A stretch of 36,053 bases of DNA from Planctomycetota bacterium. GTDB lineage: Bacteria; Planctomycetota; UBA11346. Within the stretch, counting starts at the first letter, position 1. Each line of letters opens with the position of its first letter. The position numbers and the translations under genes were made by a program. The notes beneath the pieces are model-generated. The model did no database searches. It was not told the origin of the DNA and saw only the letters and a program-made list of their open reading frames with translations. The stretch spans positions 1 to 36,053 of the forward strand of contig CANIXE010000002.1 in NCBI GenBank assembly GCA_947470885.1. Direction: 5' to 3'. Positions 33,946 to 36,053 of the stretch are shown here, piece after piece.

Positions 33946-34818
33946 ATGTCAGAACCGGTGCCCTTCGCCCGTTACGCGCTGATGACCTTCGGTGGTGATG
34001 ATTTCCGCTATTGGCAGGCCCATTATTGCCTGTTGGGCCTGCTGGCCCATGCGCCAAAGCCCTGCGAAATCGTCATGGCCACTGACCATCCAGAACGGTT
34101 TGCCTGGTTCGGCGGGTCGATCCGGGTCCACGGTATGGATGCCTCCCAGGTGAAATCCTGGATTGGACCCGAGGGGTATTTCCTGCGGACCTTGATCGAA
34201 ACCGCCCGCCTGGCGGGCAGCCTGGCGCCGATGCCGGCGGTGGCGGTGTATACGGATACCGACACCGTGGCCCGGGGTGATCTCACGCCGTTGATCCGTC
34301 GGGCCGCCGCGGGAAAGGTCCTGCTCGACCGCTTCGAGTACGTGCCGTCCACCCGCAATCGCTCCGGGACCAAGGCCCTGTGGGCGGCCACCGGCGGTCG
34401 GACCTGGGCTGGGGTGCCCATCACTCCCCAGACCCCGATGTGGAACACCGGCGTGACGGCAGTGGGCCAGGGAGATCTGCCGCTGTTGGATCGGGCGTTG
34501 GCGGCCACGGATGCGATCCTGGCCACCGGCTGTCGGCACTACCTGACGGAACAGATCGCCATGAGCGCCGCCCTGACCGCCGATGGCCGGGCGGAAGAGG
34601 TCAATCCGGTGGGGAAGCCGCCCCTCATTCTTCATTATTGGGGCAACAAGGATGGTTGGAATGAAGCCATCACCGCCGAATTGGCCACCATCCATCACTT
34701 GGGCCTGACCCCTGAGGCGGCGGCGCAGCGGGTGCGCGACAACCCCATCCATCGACCTCCGGTGGTGAAGACCAAGTGGTGGCACCGGGCCTTGGGCGTG
34801 AAGCCCCTCGGCCACTGA
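33946..34818 (+). CDS. Putative glycosyltransferase, GT8-like (nucleotide-diphospho-sugar transferase fold)
   Basis: Internal ATG at 33946 (MSEPVPFARYALMTFGG). DxD-like YTDTDTV, MWNTGVTAV and LILHYWGNKDGW resemble GT8 motifs. The upstream 275 residues of the track ORF are antisense to the neighbouring gene. Confidence 0.6.
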   Translation: MSEPVPFARYALMTFGGDDFRYWQAHYCLLGLLAHAPKPCEIVMATDHPERFAWFGGSIRVHGMDASQVKSWIGPEGYFLRTLIETARLAGSLAPMPAVAVYTDTDTVARGDLTPLIRRAAAGKVLLDRFEYVPSTRNRSGTKALWAATGGRTWAGVPITPQTPMWNTGVTAVGQGDLPLLDRALAATDAILATGCRHYLTEQIAMSAALTADGRAEEVNPVGKPPLILHYWGNKDGWNEAITAELATIHHLGLTPEAAAQRVRDNPIHRPPVVKTKWWHRALGVKPLGH

Positions 34819-34863
34819 GGCCAACCTCCGCCGCCCAAGGAGGGCATCCCTGGGAAAATCAGA

Positions 34864-35685
34864 TCAGGCGGGACGCACGGCCAAGCTGGGTTCGATCTGG
34901 GATTTCAGCAATTGCTCCATCCGACCGAGCAAATCCCGCTGGGCATCCCCATCGAGTCCGGTGACGGTGAGCACCACCTGGTTTCCATCGAGATCCTGTA
35001 ATTCCACCTCGGCTCCTGCCGGCAGCCCTGGGCGGATCTGGGTGTCCACCAGGGCCATGATTTTGTGCATGGTGGGGATCCGGCCCTGGCCGGCTTTGCG
35101 TACGGGGGCTGCGGTGGGTGCCTTGGCGAGGTCCAGGGCCTCGGCAATGATCCGGGGGATGTCCACCCGGCAGGAGCCGCAGGCACTTCCCGCCCCGGTG
35201 GCATTGACGATGTCGTCCACCTCCTTGAGGTTCATCACCTTTACAGCGGTGCGGATGGTCTCTTCCGGGATCCCGTGGCAGCGGCAGACCAGGGGTTCGC
35301 CTTCGGTATCGCACTCCGGTTCCTCGCCCCGGTAGACGCAAACGGCGGATTTCAGGCCCTCCAGGGCCCACAAGCTGGCGGGCAGCCGCTCCCCCGTCAG
35401 TCCCCCCAGGTGGGCGCACAGGTCCGCCGGGCCGAGGGCCAGGCATTCATCCAGGGTTTTGCCCACCGCCAGTTCGGTGGTGGCGGAACCGGTGGCCAAC
35501 TGGTCCTGGGCATTGAAGACCTGGAACTTGGCGGCGGTGATCCGTTCATCCTTGACCTGGATATAGAAGCGCAGGGCATCCCCGACAACGATCGATCCGA
35601 TGTCGCCCACAGCATTGGCATTCAGGAGCTTGCCGATGTTGCGGGGCTTGGCGCGGTGGTCATCGAGGAGTTCAACGGGGGTCAT
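34864..35685 (-). CDS. NifU-like three-domain protein (IscU-like N-domain, BFD-like [2Fe-2S] middle domain, Nfu-like C-domain)
   Basis: Domain order and spacing match NifU. The middle domain has CRC...CGSC. Start at ATG 35685 (MTPVELLDDH); the track start at 35718 is a TTG. Confidence 0.8.
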   Translation of the reverse strand: MTPVELLDDHRAKPRNIGKLLNANAVGDIGSIVVGDALRFYIQVKDERITAAKFQVFNAQDQLATGSATTELAVGKTLDECLALGPADLCAHLGGLTGERLPASLWALEGLKSAVCVYRGEEPECDTEGEPLVCRCHGIPEETIRTAVKVMNLKEVDDIVNATGAGSACGSCRVDIPRIIAEALDLAKAPTAAPVRKAGQGRIPTMHKIMALVDTQIRPGLPAGAEVELQDLDGNQVVLTVTGLDGDAQRDLLGRMEQLLKSQIEPSLAVRPA

Positions 35686-35754
35686 GCCCGGAGGTTCCGG
35701 CCGGGTTTCCCGGCGCAAGGTGCCGGATCAGACCCTTGAGGTTTGTGCCCTCAT

Positions 35755-35933
35755 GTCGCAGTTAAGTGGTATACAGATGGTCTGAGAGCCTTTTTCGGTG
35801 GAAAATTCACCCCGAAAATGCGGTTCGAAACGCGAGTGGTGCGCAGCTGCAAGGCGCGCCAAATTGCTGCACGGCGGCGACACGGGAGGATTGAAGCAAC
35901 GCCGCAGGTGTGCTCAATTCGCGTTTTTCAGCT
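35755..35933 (+). repeat. Composite intergenic element, copy 4 (divergent centre)
   Basis: GTCGCAGTTAAGTGG end, an A/T-rich spacer, and a hairpin at ~35826..35929 whose outer arms match copies 1 and 2 (GAAACGCGAGTGGTGCGCAGCTGCAAGGCGC...TTGAAGCAACGCCGCAGGTG). The central ~33 nt differ. The hairpin abuts the stop at 35934-35936. Confidence 0.75.
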
Positions 35934-36053
35934 TCAGACGTCCGCGTCGGCGGCGTCGCTCCGGTACTTGATGAAGACGATATGGTCCATCTCACTGCCC
36001 GGTTCATTCTCGTCGTTCACATAGTCCCGCTCGATGGCCCGCAGTTCCACATG
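35934..36053 (-). CDS. C-terminal fragment of an unidentified gene running off the right edge (partial)
   Basis: The minus-strand frame is open from the window edge: ...HVELRAIERDYVNDENEPGSEMDHIVFIKYRSDAADADV, then TGA (35934-35936). It is not in the ORF track because there is no start codon in the window. GC3 is high. Confidence 0.45.
   Translation of the reverse strand, partial: HVELRAIERDYVNDENEPGSEMDHIVFIKYRSDAADADV

Overview
High-GC (~mid-60s % by eye) bacterial chromosome segment, densely coding with about 36 CDS, mostly on the minus strand. There are no rRNA or tRNA genes and no CRISPR array. Gene content (flhA-flhF-flhG, many secreted TPR and beta-sandwich proteins, a Ser/Thr kinase, a BlaI-family repressor, a MORN lipoprotein) suggests a PVC-type (Verrucomicrobia/Planctomycetes-like) organism, but that is only a guess.

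Confidently recognised genes: GTP-dependent PEP carboxykinase, peptide chain release factor 3, L-ribulose-5-phosphate 4-epimerase, YbeY, RuvX/YqgF, a TauE/TSUP permease, an M23 peptidase, a LysM-YkuD L,D-transpeptidase, a DUF151 bifunctional nuclease, a metallophosphoesterase, FlhA/FlhF/FlhG, a YhcH-family protein and a NifU-like protein. Many ORF-track entries carry spurious N-terminal extensions. I re-called starts using signal peptides, Shine-Dalgarno motifs and the frequent ATGA/GTGA stop-start overlaps.

The most unusual signal is non-coding: a ~200-nt composite intergenic element present four times in 36 kb. It has a ~108-nt imperfect hairpin, an A/T-rich spacer and a conserved CAACTGCGTTATT end. 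It always has the same polarity relative to flanking genes, with the hairpin 0-23 nt after a stop codon. Two copies in inverted orientation bracket a two-gene module.

Other second-look items:
- a MITE-like element with ~45-bp terminal inverted repeats and a CTTAT target-site duplication sitting on a stop codon
- a duplicated hairpin+SD+GTG leader upstream of both flhA and flhF
- three secreted TPR-like proteins (one of 1222 aa) in line with flhAFG
- a BlaI repressor without a BlaR1 partner
- a NifU-like protein lacking all scaffold cysteines
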